Made by a program: the position numbers and the translations under genes. From positions 26,958 to 90,957 of the forward strand of contig CAZNPA010000005.1 of NCBI GenBank assembly GCA_964575095.1: a stretch of DNA of 64,000 nucleotides. Reading direction: 5' to 3'. The stretch is from an uncultured Rickettsiales bacterium. GTDB lineage: Bacteria > Pseudomonadota > Alphaproteobacteria > Rickettsiales > SXRF01. The first letter of the stretch is position 1. Every line of letters starts with the position of its first letter. Below, in pieces: positions 19,771 through 28,229 of this stretch. Under the pieces are notes generated by a model. The model ran no database searches, had not been told where the DNA came from, and saw nothing but the letters and a program-made list of their open reading frames with translations.

Positions 19771-20442
19771 ATGAACGCGCCGTTGAAAGAAGCCACAGAC
19801 AGCAAGAACTGGTACAAGGATCGCTACCAGTACGTGCTGGTGCAGCGCAAATTGCTGGCGTTGATCACCGTGCTGTCACTGCTGTGCACGGTGGCAACGG
19901 TGGGCGTGATTTTCTACATGACGCCGCTTAAGACCGTCGAGCCTTTCGTGATTCAGGTCGATCAGAAGAGCGGCATCACGCAGACGGTCGATCCGCTGAC
20001 GGTGAAAGAACTGACCGCCAGCGAAGCCGTCAATAATTTCTTCATCGTGCAGTATATCCGCTCGCGCGAAACCTACAGCATGACTGACCTGGCGAAAAAC
20101 TATGAGATCGTGCGTCTCATGTCGGACAGCAGCAAGGTCTATTCCGGCTTTGTGTCCACCGCCGATCCCAACAATCCGCAAAGCAACACGGCGCGGCTGG
20201 GCTCCACCGGCATACGCACCATCAAGTTCAAGTCGATCAGTTATTTAAATCCGCAGCTGGTGCAGGCGCGCATCCTGATCGAAGAAAAAAGCGGCGGCGG
20301 CGGATATTCGCAGCAACATAAAATTGTGATCTTGGCATTTGAATATGCTAAAATGAGCTTGACGCCTGAGGAACGCTACATCAACCCCCTCGGGTTTCAT
20401 GTTACGGATTACCGGGTGGACGAGGACGTATTGCAAAAATGA
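19771..20442 (+). CDS. virB8: VirB8-family T4SS protein
   Basis: MNAPLKEATDSKNWYKDRYQYVLVQRKLLALITVLSLL shows the single N-terminal TM. The periplasmic domain has VNNFFIVQYIRSRETY..., the VirB8 pattern. The start was chosen at the ATG inside the GTG-initiated ORF 19708..20442. Confidence 0.85.
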   Translation: MNAPLKEATDSKNWYKDRYQYVLVQRKLLALITVLSLLCTVATVGVIFYMTPLKTVEPFVIQVDQKSGITQTVDPLTVKELTASEAVNNFFIVQYIRSRETYSMTDLAKNYEIVRLMSDSSKVYSGFVSTADPNNPQSNTARLGSTGIRTIKFKSISYLNPQLVQARILIEEKSGGGGYSQQHKIVILAFEYAKMSLTPEERYINPLGFHVTDYRVDEDVLQK

Positions 20443-21206
20443 ACCAGCGCTTATTCTATATCGCCGCTTTCCTCTGGCTGGTGCCGTACGCCGCCCTGGC
20501 GGAGGACATGGCGTCCGCCGCCGACAACCGTATCAAAGTTCTGGTCTATGACGAAGCCGACGTTTATACCATCACCACCAAATACGGCTACCAGACCAAC
20601 ATCGTCTTCTCGCCCAACGAGGAAATCCAGACCATCTCGATTGGCGACCGCAGCCTGTGGCAGATCCTGCCGTCCAGCAACCGCATCTTTATCCGACCGA
20701 TGGACGAAGGCGTCACCACCAACATGACGGTGCTCACCAACAAGCATTCCTACCAGTTCGACCTGAAATCGCTGGCCGCGGACGATAAGGAAGGGAACAA
20801 TATTTACGTCGCCAAATTCTCTTATCCCAGCGCCCGGCCGAAAAATACCGGCATGATGCCGCCGCCCGTGCCTGCGCCGCCGATGGCGATGGCGCCGCCG
20901 GCTTCCGTTGCGGCCCCGATGGATACCGCGCCGCAATATCCCAACTACAATTACACCTATTCCGGCCCGGACACGCTGGCACCGCTGCAGGTGTTCGATA
21001 ACGGAAAATCGACCTTCATCAAATACCAGACGATGCCGAACCCGTTGCCGGAAACCGTCGTCGTCGATACGAACGGTCAGGAACGTGCGGTAGCGCATCA
21101 GGCGCAGGATCATCTGCTGATTATTGATACCGTCGCCGGCACGCTGGCGATCAAGCACAGCGAAGGCACCATCACCGTCTATAACGAAATGCTGAACCCG
21201 CAGTAA
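20439..21206 (+). CDS. virB9: VirB9-family T4SS protein
   Basis: This 255-aa ORF has a signal peptide and the VirB9/CagX/TrbG pattern (RIKVLVYDEADVYTITTKYGYQTNIVF...IGDRSLWQI...NMTVLTNKHSYQFDL). Confidence 0.85.
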   Translation: MNQRLFYIAAFLWLVPYAALAEDMASAADNRIKVLVYDEADVYTITTKYGYQTNIVFSPNEEIQTISIGDRSLWQILPSSNRIFIRPMDEGVTTNMTVLTNKHSYQFDLKSLAADDKEGNNIYVAKFSYPSARPKNTGMMPPPVPAPPMAMAPPASVAAPMDTAPQYPNYNYTYSGPDTLAPLQVFDNGKSTFIKYQTMPNPLPETVVVDTNGQERAVAHQAQDHLLIIDTVAGTLAIKHSEGTITVYNEMLNPQ

Positions 21207-21211
21207 ATAAC

Positions 21212-22531
21212 ATGGCCGATGACGACGACAACATAACCCCTACCCCGCCGCCGCTGGAGCAATCGCCGCCGGCCGGCGAAACGCCGCCGCCGGAAACCGA
21301 GGAGATCGAGATATCGACCGACGATATCCCGCAGGAACTGGCGATGGATCAGCGCCCTTCGATCGGCAGCGGATCTGGAAAAGTGTTCGGGTTTGCCGTC
21401 ATCATGATTGTCGTTGCCGGGTTTATCATTTATTCGCTGTTCTCCAGCCAACCGAAAAGCGCCAAAGTCGAACCTGTCATCGCCAATCCAATTGCCCCGT
21501 CGCAGGATGTCGTCGTCACGCCGCCGGTATCGTCGCCGCCGCCGCTGCCGTCGCAACCGCCAGCAAGCACTTTGTCGCCACCACCGCCTCCGCCGCCTCC
21601 GCCTCCGCCGCCACCTCCTCCGGCACCGGCAGCGCCAAAACTCCCGGCCGTAGCGCCGCCGCCGCCGCCCAAACCGGGCGCGCCGCCACCGGCGCCTGAA
21701 GTCAGGGCATTAGCGCCAGTTGTCGGCGTCTCGGACAAAGCGCAACAGGCGCGCCTGCGCGCCAACATGCTGATTCTGGATACCGCGCGCGAAAAAGACG
21801 AGGACCAGCGCACGGCCCGGGGATCGCTCGATTCGCGAGACCCCAACCTGTCATTTGAAAGCAATGTCCTGAAATCGACGCAGGCGGAAAAAGTCACCGC
21901 CACGCGCATGAGCAATCTCAACATGACCATTGCTCAGGGCAAAATCATCAGCGCCATTCTTGAGACGGCGATCAACACCGACCTGCCCGGCACGCTGCGC
22001 GCCATCGTCAGCCACGACATCTATCCCGAATCCGGCCGTGACGTGATGGTACCCAAGGGATCGCGGCTGATCGGCGTCTATAACACCGGCATCCTGCGCG
22101 GACAGAAACGCGTCATGATCATCTGGACGCGCCTGATCCGCCCCGATGGCATGGACATCATGATCGGCTCGCCCGGCGTCGATGCGCTGGGACGCTCTGG
22201 CGTCAACGGCGACGTCGACAACAAGTACGCCGAGATCTTCAGCACGTCGATCTTGACCAGCGCCATTTCGATCGGCATCGCCATCGGCGCCGATCGTTTG
22301 GTCGACGACCCGACGACGACCACCACCAACAGCAACGGCACGACCTCGACCGGATCGGCCGGCGCGACGGCAGCGGCGGGCGCGGTGGCCAACCTCGGCG
22401 GCGTCGCCAAAGATGTGGTGAGCTCGATCATCGACCTGCGGCCGACGATCACCGTCGATCAAGGCACGCCGGTCAATGTTTTCGTCAACCGCGACCTGAC
22501 GTTCCCGCCGGGTTCGCAGTTTATCGAGTAG
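21212..22531 (+). CDS. virB10: VirB10-family T4SS protein with a long poly-proline tract
   Basis: This 439-aa ORF has an N-terminal TM, a Pro-rich linker (a run of 15 consecutive P) and the C-terminal TrbI/VirB10 beta-barrel pattern (GKIISAILETAINTDLPG...GSRLIGVY...). Confidence 0.88.
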   Translation: MADDDDNITPTPPPLEQSPPAGETPPPETEEIEISTDDIPQELAMDQRPSIGSGSGKVFGFAVIMIVVAGFIIYSLFSSQPKSAKVEPVIANPIAPSQDVVVTPPVSSPPPLPSQPPASTLSPPPPPPPPPPPPPPPAPAAPKLPAVAPPPPPKPGAPPPAPEVRALAPVVGVSDKAQQARLRANMLILDTAREKDEDQRTARGSLDSRDPNLSFESNVLKSTQAEKVTATRMSNLNMTIAQGKIISAILETAINTDLPGTLRAIVSHDIYPESGRDVMVPKGSRLIGVYNTGILRGQKRVMIIWTRLIRPDGMDIMIGSPGVDALGRSGVNGDVDNKYAEIFSTSILTSAISIGIAIGADRLVDDPTTTTTNSNGTTSTGSAGATAAAGAVANLGGVAKDVVSSIIDLRPTITVDQGTPVNVFVNRDLTFPPGSQFIE

Positions 22532-22534
22532 CGC

Positions 22535-23518
22535 ATGGCGACCCTCACCGCACTCGACACCTACCTCGCGCCGCTCAAGAAATATTTCTCGCAGCCGGAC
22601 GTCAGCGAAATATCAATCAATACACCGGGCGAAATCTGGGTCGAAATCGGCGGCGACATGGTGCGCCACAAGGTGCCCGAATTCAATCTTGAGCATTTAA
22701 AATCCTTGAGCCGCCTTGTCGCGCAGTCGACCGAGCAGAAAATCAGCGAGGAAACGCCGCTCTTATCCGCCACGCTACCCGAGGGCTACCGTATTCAGGT
22801 CGTGTTCCCGCCCGCCGTCGAATCTTCGACGATCGCCATGTCGATAAGGAAGCAAACTATTTTAAACCTCGACCTCGACCAGTACGAGGCCATCGGCGCC
22901 TTCCAGAACACCATCGTCGCCCGCGAGGAAAATCCGGTCGACCGGAAACTGCGGGCGATGCTTGATGCCGGCGCCGTCAAGGACTTCATCAAGCAGGCGA
23001 TTCTGGCCAGAAAAAACATCATCATCTCCGGCGGCACCTCGACCGGCAAGACGACGTTCTTAAACGCGGCGATGAAAGTCATCCCCGCCACCGAGCGCAT
23101 CATCACCTGCGAGGACGCGCGCGAAATCCAGATCCCGCACATCGAGAACCGCGTGCATCTGATCGCCTCGCGCGGCGGCCAGGGACGCGCTCAGGTCTCG
23201 ATGCAGGACCTGATCGAGGCCTGCCTGCGCCTGCGCCCCGACCGGCTGATGCTGGGCGAACTGCGCGGCAAGGAAGCCTTCACCTTCATGCGCGCCGTCA
23301 ACACCGGCCACCCCGGATCGATCTCGACGCTGCACGCCGACACGCCGATCCTGGCGCTGGAGCAGCTGACGTTGATGGTGATGCAGGCCGGGCTCGGCAT
23401 CACGCACGACCAGATAAAAACCTATGTCGAGAACGTCATCAATGTTATCATCCAGCTCAAGCGCGGCCCGCGCGGGATGCGCTATGTCTCGGAGATTTAT
23501 TTTAAGGAGAGTGCGTAA
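22535..23518 (+). CDS. virB11: VirB11 traffic ATPase
   Basis: This 327-aa ORF has an intact Walker A (ISGGTSTGKTTFLNA), Asp/His boxes (GELRGKEAFTFMRAVNTGHPGSISTLHA) and a Walker B region. Confidence 0.92.
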   Translation: MATLTALDTYLAPLKKYFSQPDVSEISINTPGEIWVEIGGDMVRHKVPEFNLEHLKSLSRLVAQSTEQKISEETPLLSATLPEGYRIQVVFPPAVESSTIAMSIRKQTILNLDLDQYEAIGAFQNTIVAREENPVDRKLRAMLDAGAVKDFIKQAILARKNIIISGGTSTGKTTFLNAAMKVIPATERIITCEDAREIQIPHIENRVHLIASRGGQGRAQVSMQDLIEACLRLRPDRLMLGELRGKEAFTFMRAVNTGHPGSISTLHADTPILALEQLTLMVMQAGLGITHDQIKTYVENVINVIIQLKRGPRGMRYVSEIYFKESA

Positions 23519-23606
23519 GGGATGTGGAGATGTGAGGATGTGGAGATGTGGAGTAAGAAACAATCTAATCCCCATATCCCCACATCCCCCTATCCCCACA
23601 TCCCCA
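23519..23606. repeat. inverted pair of 4x octamer tandem arrays between virB11 and virD4
   Basis: The left array is gatgtgga/gatgtgag/gatgtgga/gatgtgga (23521-23552). A 16-17-nt spacer follows. The right array is ccccatat/ccccacat/ccccctat/ccccacat (23570-23601), the reverse complement of ATGTGGRG units. Confidence 0.8.
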
Positions 23607-23613
23607 TTTTCTT

Positions 23614-25386
23614 ATGGCTGAAAACCTGAAACAATCCAACATCCGCCGCCAGCTGTTCAACCGGCTGGTGCTGATCGTCGTGATCGGCATCCTGCTTGTC
23701 GTGCCGGGCTATGTCGGGCTGGCGCTGGCGTTTGTCCTCAATTACGGCGACGCCTATTTCAACGCCATCTACGACCCTGAATATTTAATCAACCAGTATA
23801 TGGAGCTGCTGCGTTACTGGCTGCAATACCGCAGCCAGCTGCCGGACGAATTCACGCTGAAGCTGCTGGGGCCGCCGCTGGCCGGCATGGGCTTCACCCT
23901 GTCGATGCTCTATCTCGGCCGCGCGCCGCTCCTCGATTTCCGCCCGTTCAAGTTCAAGGAAAGCATTCACGGCGACGCGCACTGGGCGACCGAAGCCGAG
24001 ATAAGAAAAGCCAAATTGCGCGCCAAGAAAGGCATGCTGCTCGGGCGCACCGGCGCCAGCAATTATCTTATCTGCGACGACTTCCAGCATATCCTGCTCT
24101 TCGCGCCGACCGGCTCGGGCAAGGGTGTGGGCTTCGTCATTCCCAATCTATTGTTCTGGCAGGAATCGGTGATCTGCCACGACATCAAAATCGAAAACCA
24201 CGAGCTGACCAGCGGCTACCGCAAAAAAATCGGCCAGGAAGTGTTCCTGTGGAACCCTGCCGACCCCGACGGCATCTCGCACTGCTACAACCCGCTCGAC
24301 TGGATCAGCGCCAAGCCCGGCCAGATGGTCGACGACGTGCAAAAAATCTGCAACCTGGTATTGCCCGAGCAGGAATTCTGGCAGAATGAAGCGCGTTCGC
24401 TGATGCTGGGCGTGATCCTCTATCTTTGCGCCGTGCCGGAGAAAGTGCGCTCGTTCGGCGAAGTCGTGCGCACCATGCGCTCGGACGACGTCGTCTATAA
24501 CCTTGCCGTCGTGCTCGACACCATCGGCAAGCGCATCCACCCGGTCGCCTACATGAACATCGCCGCCTTTTTGCAGAAGGCGGACAAGGAGCGAAGCGGC
24601 GTGATCTCCACGCTCAACTCCGGCCTGGAGCTGTGGGCGAACCCGCTCATCGACGCCACCACCGCCCGCTCCGATTTCAATCTGCAGGTCTTGAAAAAGA
24701 AAAAAGTCAGCGTCTATTGCGGCGTCACGCCCGACAACCTGAAGCGCCTCGAGCCGCTCCTGAAAGTGTTCTACCAGCAGGCCACCGACTTTCTGACGCG
24801 CAACATCCCCAAGAAAAACGAGCCGTACGGCGTGTTGCTGATGATGGACGAGTTTCCGTCACTGGGCGAAATGCCGCAGTTCGAGGTCGGCATCGCCTAT
24901 TTCCGCGGCTACCGCGTCAAGCTGTTCATGATCGTGCAGGACACGCAGCAACTCAAAGGCATCTACGAGGAAGCGGGCATGAACGCCTTCCTCTCCAACT
25001 CCTATTACCGCATCACCTTCGCCGCCAACAACATCGAAACCGCCAACATGATCTCACAATTGATCGGCAATAAAACCGCGACGCAATATTCGCACAACAA
25101 GCCCAAATTCCTCGACCTGAACCCCGCCGCGCGCACGATCAACACCTCGGAAGTGCAGCGCGCGCTGCTCCTGCCGCAGGAAGTCATCACCCTGCCGCGC
25201 GACGAGCAGATCATCCTCATCGAATCCTTCGCGCCGATTCGCACCAAGAAAATTTTCTACTACAAGGACAGGTTCTTCATGCGCCGCATAAAGCCGCCAA
25301 CGCCGATTCCGGTGCAGGAGCCCTACGACCCGCGCAAAAACAAACCCGAAAAACCCGGAAAACCGGAAAAACCGGCAAAAGCATAG
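23614..25386 (+). CDS. virD4: VirD4/TraG-family type IV coupling protein
   Basis: This 590-aa ORF has N-terminal TM helices, an intact Walker A (FAPTGSGKGVGFVIPN) and Walker B (LLMMDEFPSLG). The C-terminus is a KPEKPGKPEKP tail. Confidence 0.92.
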   Translation: MAENLKQSNIRRQLFNRLVLIVVIGILLVVPGYVGLALAFVLNYGDAYFNAIYDPEYLINQYMELLRYWLQYRSQLPDEFTLKLLGPPLAGMGFTLSMLYLGRAPLLDFRPFKFKESIHGDAHWATEAEIRKAKLRAKKGMLLGRTGASNYLICDDFQHILLFAPTGSGKGVGFVIPNLLFWQESVICHDIKIENHELTSGYRKKIGQEVFLWNPADPDGISHCYNPLDWISAKPGQMVDDVQKICNLVLPEQEFWQNEARSLMLGVILYLCAVPEKVRSFGEVVRTMRSDDVVYNLAVVLDTIGKRIHPVAYMNIAAFLQKADKERSGVISTLNSGLELWANPLIDATTARSDFNLQVLKKKKVSVYCGVTPDNLKRLEPLLKVFYQQATDFLTRNIPKKNEPYGVLLMMDEFPSLGEMPQFEVGIAYFRGYRVKLFMIVQDTQQLKGIYEEAGMNAFLSNSYYRITFAANNIETANMISQLIGNKTATQYSHNKPKFLDLNPAARTINTSEVQRALLLPQEVITLPRDEQIILIESFAPIRTKKIFYYKDRFFMRRIKPPTPIPVQEPYDPRKNKPEKPGKPEKPAKA

Positions 25387-25490
25387 CGCCTACGCACGGC
25401 CAACGCTGCCCTTAGCGTTTTCCAGCCTCGCCATTTCTTTTCTTGCTTTCTCCAGATCAGTGAACAGTTTCTTGTCACCGGTCATTTCAG

Positions 25491-25508
25491 ATATATATAT
25501 ATATATAT
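25491..25508. repeat. (AT)9 dinucleotide microsatellite
   Basis: atatatatatatatatat was read directly. It lies in the approximately 470-nt gene-poor gap between virD4 and thiG. Confidence 0.9.
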
Positions 25509-25859
25509 CAATATATTATAGCATCCGAATTATTTCCCCCTTCCCGGCCATATTTTTCCATGTTTCCCTATACTTCACATCATGCATGATGAAGTCCTCG
25601 CTGCGGCAGCGGCAAGGCGGAGCGGTTCGGCGAATCGTAGGTCTCCCGAAGCCCCAAAGGCGTAAGGGAGAATGCGAAGCCTTCAGCATAACCATGCTTT
25701 AGGCACCAACCTCACGTACCTCTCCAGGATGCGGACGGAGTTGACGCCGGTCGCATGCGAAAACGCAGGGGCGCGCCCTTTAATCCCCGCATAAGCCTGT
25801 AAAGCAGGCGCATTGCGGGGTCTGGTTCAAGGATAAATACTATGAAAACGATGAATTGA

Positions 25860-26663
25860 TTATTGAGTAGAAGCACCGGACCCCGCAACAAGTGCGGGGA
25901 TAAGCCCCTCTTCCGGCGAACTGGCGCTGGCATAATTTTGCTTCGGCATGCGCCCGGCAAGATACGCCAGCCTGCCCGCTTCCACGGCGGCTTTCATCGC
26001 GCGCGCCATCATCAGCGGATGTTGCGCGGCGGCCAGCGCCGTGTTGAGCAATACACCATCACAACCTAATTCCATCGCAATCGTCACATCCGACGCGGTG
26101 CCGACACCGGCGTCGACTAAAATCGGCACTTTCGCCGCTTCGACGATCAGCCTTATATTGAGCGGATTTTGTATGCCCAAACCGGAACCGATGGGCGCTC
26201 CCAGCGGCATCACCGCAACGCATCCCAGTTCTTCCAATTTTTTTGCCGCCAGCGGATCGTCGCTGGTATAGGCCATAACCTGGAATCCTTCGCTCACCAG
26301 AATCTTCGCCGCTTTCAGCGTTTCCTCGACGTCGGGATACAGCGTTTTCTTGTCGCCGATGACTTCGAGTTTCACCAATTCCCAGCCGCCCAGCTCGCGT
26401 GCCAGCCGAAGTGTACGCACCGCCTCTTCCGCCGTGTAGCAACCGGCGCTGTTGGGAAGATAGGTGTATTTTGCGGGCGGCAGCGCGTCCTGCAGGCTGC
26501 CCTCGCCTTTTTCCGCGAGATTAATCCGCCGCAGCGCCACGGTGACGATCTCGGCGCCGCTGGCTTCGATCACCGCTTTCGTCTCGGCCATGTTCTTATA
26601 CTTGCCGGTGCCGACGAGGAGCCGCGAGCGGTAGGTTTTTCCGGCAACCTTAAAACCGTCCAT
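25860..26663 (-). CDS. thiG: thiazole synthase
   Basis: This 267-aa ORF has [22 protein letters not shown] and [14 protein letters not shown]. Confidence 0.93.
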   Translation of the reverse strand: MDGFKVAGKTYRSRLLVGTGKYKNMAETKAVIEASGAEIVTVALRRINLAEKGEGSLQDALPPAKYTYLPNSAGCYTAEEAVRTLRLARELGGWELVKLEVIGDKKTLYPDVEETLKAAKILVSEGFQVMAYTSDDPLAAKKLEELGCVAVMPLGAPIGSGLGIQNPLNIRLIVEAAKVPILVDAGVGTASDVTIAMELGCDGVLLNTALAAAQHPLMMARAMKAAVEAGRLAYLAGRMPKQNYASASSPEEGLIPALVAGSGASTQ

Positions 26664-26863
26664 CAGCCGCCCCCGATAAACTGCACGATTTCGATTTCGT
26701 CGCCGTCGTTTAGCATCACCTCGCCGTAGGCCGAGCGCGGCACGATTTCCAAGTTGCGCTCGACGGCCACCTGCGAGCTCTTGAGCGCAAGCTGGTTCGC
26801 CAGCGCGGCGACCGTGATCGGCGCATCGAGAACATGCGGCTTGCCGTTGAGTTTGATTTGCAT
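26663..26863 (-). CDS. thiS: sulfur-carrier protein ThiS
   Basis: This 66-aa ORF ends in ...EIVQFIGGG (C-terminal GG) and overlaps the thiG start. Confidence 0.85.
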   Translation of the reverse strand: MQIKLNGKPHVLDAPITVAALANQLALKSSQVAVERNLEIVPRSAYGEVMLNDGDEIEIVQFIGGG

Positions 26864-26908
26864 AAATGCTAATCTAGTGCCCTAACCTGTAACCTGCAAC
26901 TGTAACCT

Positions 26909-27355
26909 ATGCCCCGCATTTTACTCATCAACGGCCCGAACTTGAACAAATTGGGCGAGCGCGAGCCGCAGATTTACGGCCGCGAGACCCTGAAAGACAT
27001 CGAGGCCAAATGCAAGGGCATGGCCAAGACCCTGAAACTGGAGCTGGATTGTTTCCAATCCAACGTCGAGGGCGACATCGTCACCAGAATCCAGAAGGCC
27101 GGGAAAAAATACAAGGGCCTCTTAATTAACGCCGGCGCCTATACCCATACCTCGATCGCCATCATGGACGCGCTGCTTACGCTCAAAATTCCGGTGATCG
27201 AGGTGCATCTTTCCAACCCGGCGCGGCGCGAGGAATTCCGCCACATTTCGTATATCAGCAAAGCCGCCACCGGCAGCATTTCCGGTTTCGGCAGCCAGAG
27301 TTATCTGCTGGCGCTCGAGGCAATGGCGAAGTTAGTAAAGAGTGCCAAGTCATGA
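26909..27355 (+). CDS. aroQ: type II 3-dehydroquinate dehydratase
   Basis: This 148-aa ORF has ILLINGPNLNKLGEREPQIYG, INAGAYTHTSIA and EVHLSNP. Confidence 0.93.
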   Translation: MPRILLINGPNLNKLGEREPQIYGRETLKDIEAKCKGMAKTLKLELDCFQSNVEGDIVTRIQKAGKKYKGLLINAGAYTHTSIAIMDALLTLKIPVIEVHLSNPARREEFRHISYISKAATGSISGFGSQSYLLALEAMAKLVKSAKS

Positions 27356-27449
27356 AGAAGGGAGGCCAGCAGGCCGCCCGAGCCGTCAGCGCGCGGCGTA
27401 CCGCGCCGCTCCATGGCGAGGTCAGCAGGCCTCGCCGGGAGCATTTATA

Positions 27450-28127
27450 ATGTGGAAAATAGGACATCGCGGTGCCTGTGGGCATGCTCCCGAAAACACG
27501 CTCGCCTCGATGAAAAAGGCGCTGGAGCTGGGCGTGCACGGCTTCGAATTCGACATCCAGATGAGCAAGGACGGCGAGCCGATGGTCATCCACGACGACA
27601 CGCTCGACCGCACGACGAACGGCAAAGGCGCCGTCGCCGATTATTCGTGGAAGGAATTGCAGCAGTTCGATGCGGGAGGCGGCGAAAAAATTCCTAATTT
27701 GCGCAATGTGCTGGATCTCGTCGACAAGCGCTGCCGCCTTTTCATCGAGCTTAAGGCCGAATCCGCCACGGCGCCGGTCGCCGACATTTTGAAATATTAC
27801 GTCGAGCAGATGGGCTGGACGTATGAGCAGCTTTATGTGTGCGCATTTGATCATTTCCAAATCGCCGCCGCGAAAAAATTCAATCCCGACCTTCGCACCT
27901 CGGCGCTGATTGCCGGAATTCCGGTCACGCTCGCCGCCATCGCGCAGGAGGCAGGCGCGTGGTCGATTAACCCCAACATCAATCATATCCATAAAGCGCT
28001 GGTCGACGACGCCCACCGCCGCGGCTTAAAAGTCCTGACGTGGACGGCGAATACACCGGCGCAGATCGCCAAGGCAAAAAGCCTGAACGTGGATGGGATC
28101 TTCAGCGATTTTCCGGAGCGGATTTAG
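27450..28127 (+). CDS. glycerophosphodiester phosphodiesterase family protein
   Basis: The internal ATG gives MWKIGHRGACGHAPENTLASMKKALELGVHGFEFDIQMSKDGEPMVIHDDTLDRTTNG, the GDPD signature. The upstream part of ORF 27342..28127 is not homologous. Confidence 0.85.
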   Translation: MWKIGHRGACGHAPENTLASMKKALELGVHGFEFDIQMSKDGEPMVIHDDTLDRTTNGKGAVADYSWKELQQFDAGGGEKIPNLRNVLDLVDKRCRLFIELKAESATAPVADILKYYVEQMGWTYEQLYVCAFDHFQIAAAKKFNPDLRTSALIAGIPVTLAAIAQEAGAWSINPNINHIHKALVDDAHRRGLKVLTWTANTPAQIAKAKSLNVDGIFSDFPERI

Positions 28128-28133
28128 TTTCTT

Positions 28134-28222
28134 ATCCTGAGCGAGCGTAGCGAGTCGAAGGAACTTTAACCTGGCAACTCGCAAAGATCCTTCGACTTCG
28201 GCCTTCGGCCTCCGCTCAGGAT
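28134..28222. repeat. palindromic repeat element (intergenic copy)
   Basis: atcctgagcgagcgtagcgagtcgaagga...tccttcgacttcg...ccgctcaggat forms a long imperfect hairpin with ATCCTGAGCG/CGCTCAGGAT termini. It sits between convergent genes. A sibling copy lies at 44538-44635. Confidence 0.8.
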
Positions 28223-28229
28223 GTTGTGG

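Noticed and set aside
21540-21700. A GC-rich CCG/CCA repeat tract considered as a DNA repeat element.
   Set aside because: It is in frame and encodes the proline-rich linker typical of VirB10 proteins. It is low-complexity coding sequence, not a mobile or regulatory repeat.
20451-22462. Long minus-strand ORFs (235 aa, 166 aa, 203 aa) across the virB9/virB10 region.
   Set aside because: They are antisense to the VirB9 and VirB10 genes, which have strong family patterns. The poly-Gly stretch in one of them is simply the complement of the VirB10 poly-Pro tract.
23519-23606. A possible CRISPR-like array.
   Set aside because: The units are only 8 nt, directly abutting with no spacers, and are arranged as an inverted pair. 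This is not CRISPR architecture, and no cas genes are in the window.
25460-25702. An 80-aa plus-strand ORF (MNSFLSPVISDIYIYISIYYSI...).
   Set aside because: Its N-terminal part is just the translation of the (AT)n and AT-rich tract. It has no RBS or family resemblance and is probably spurious.
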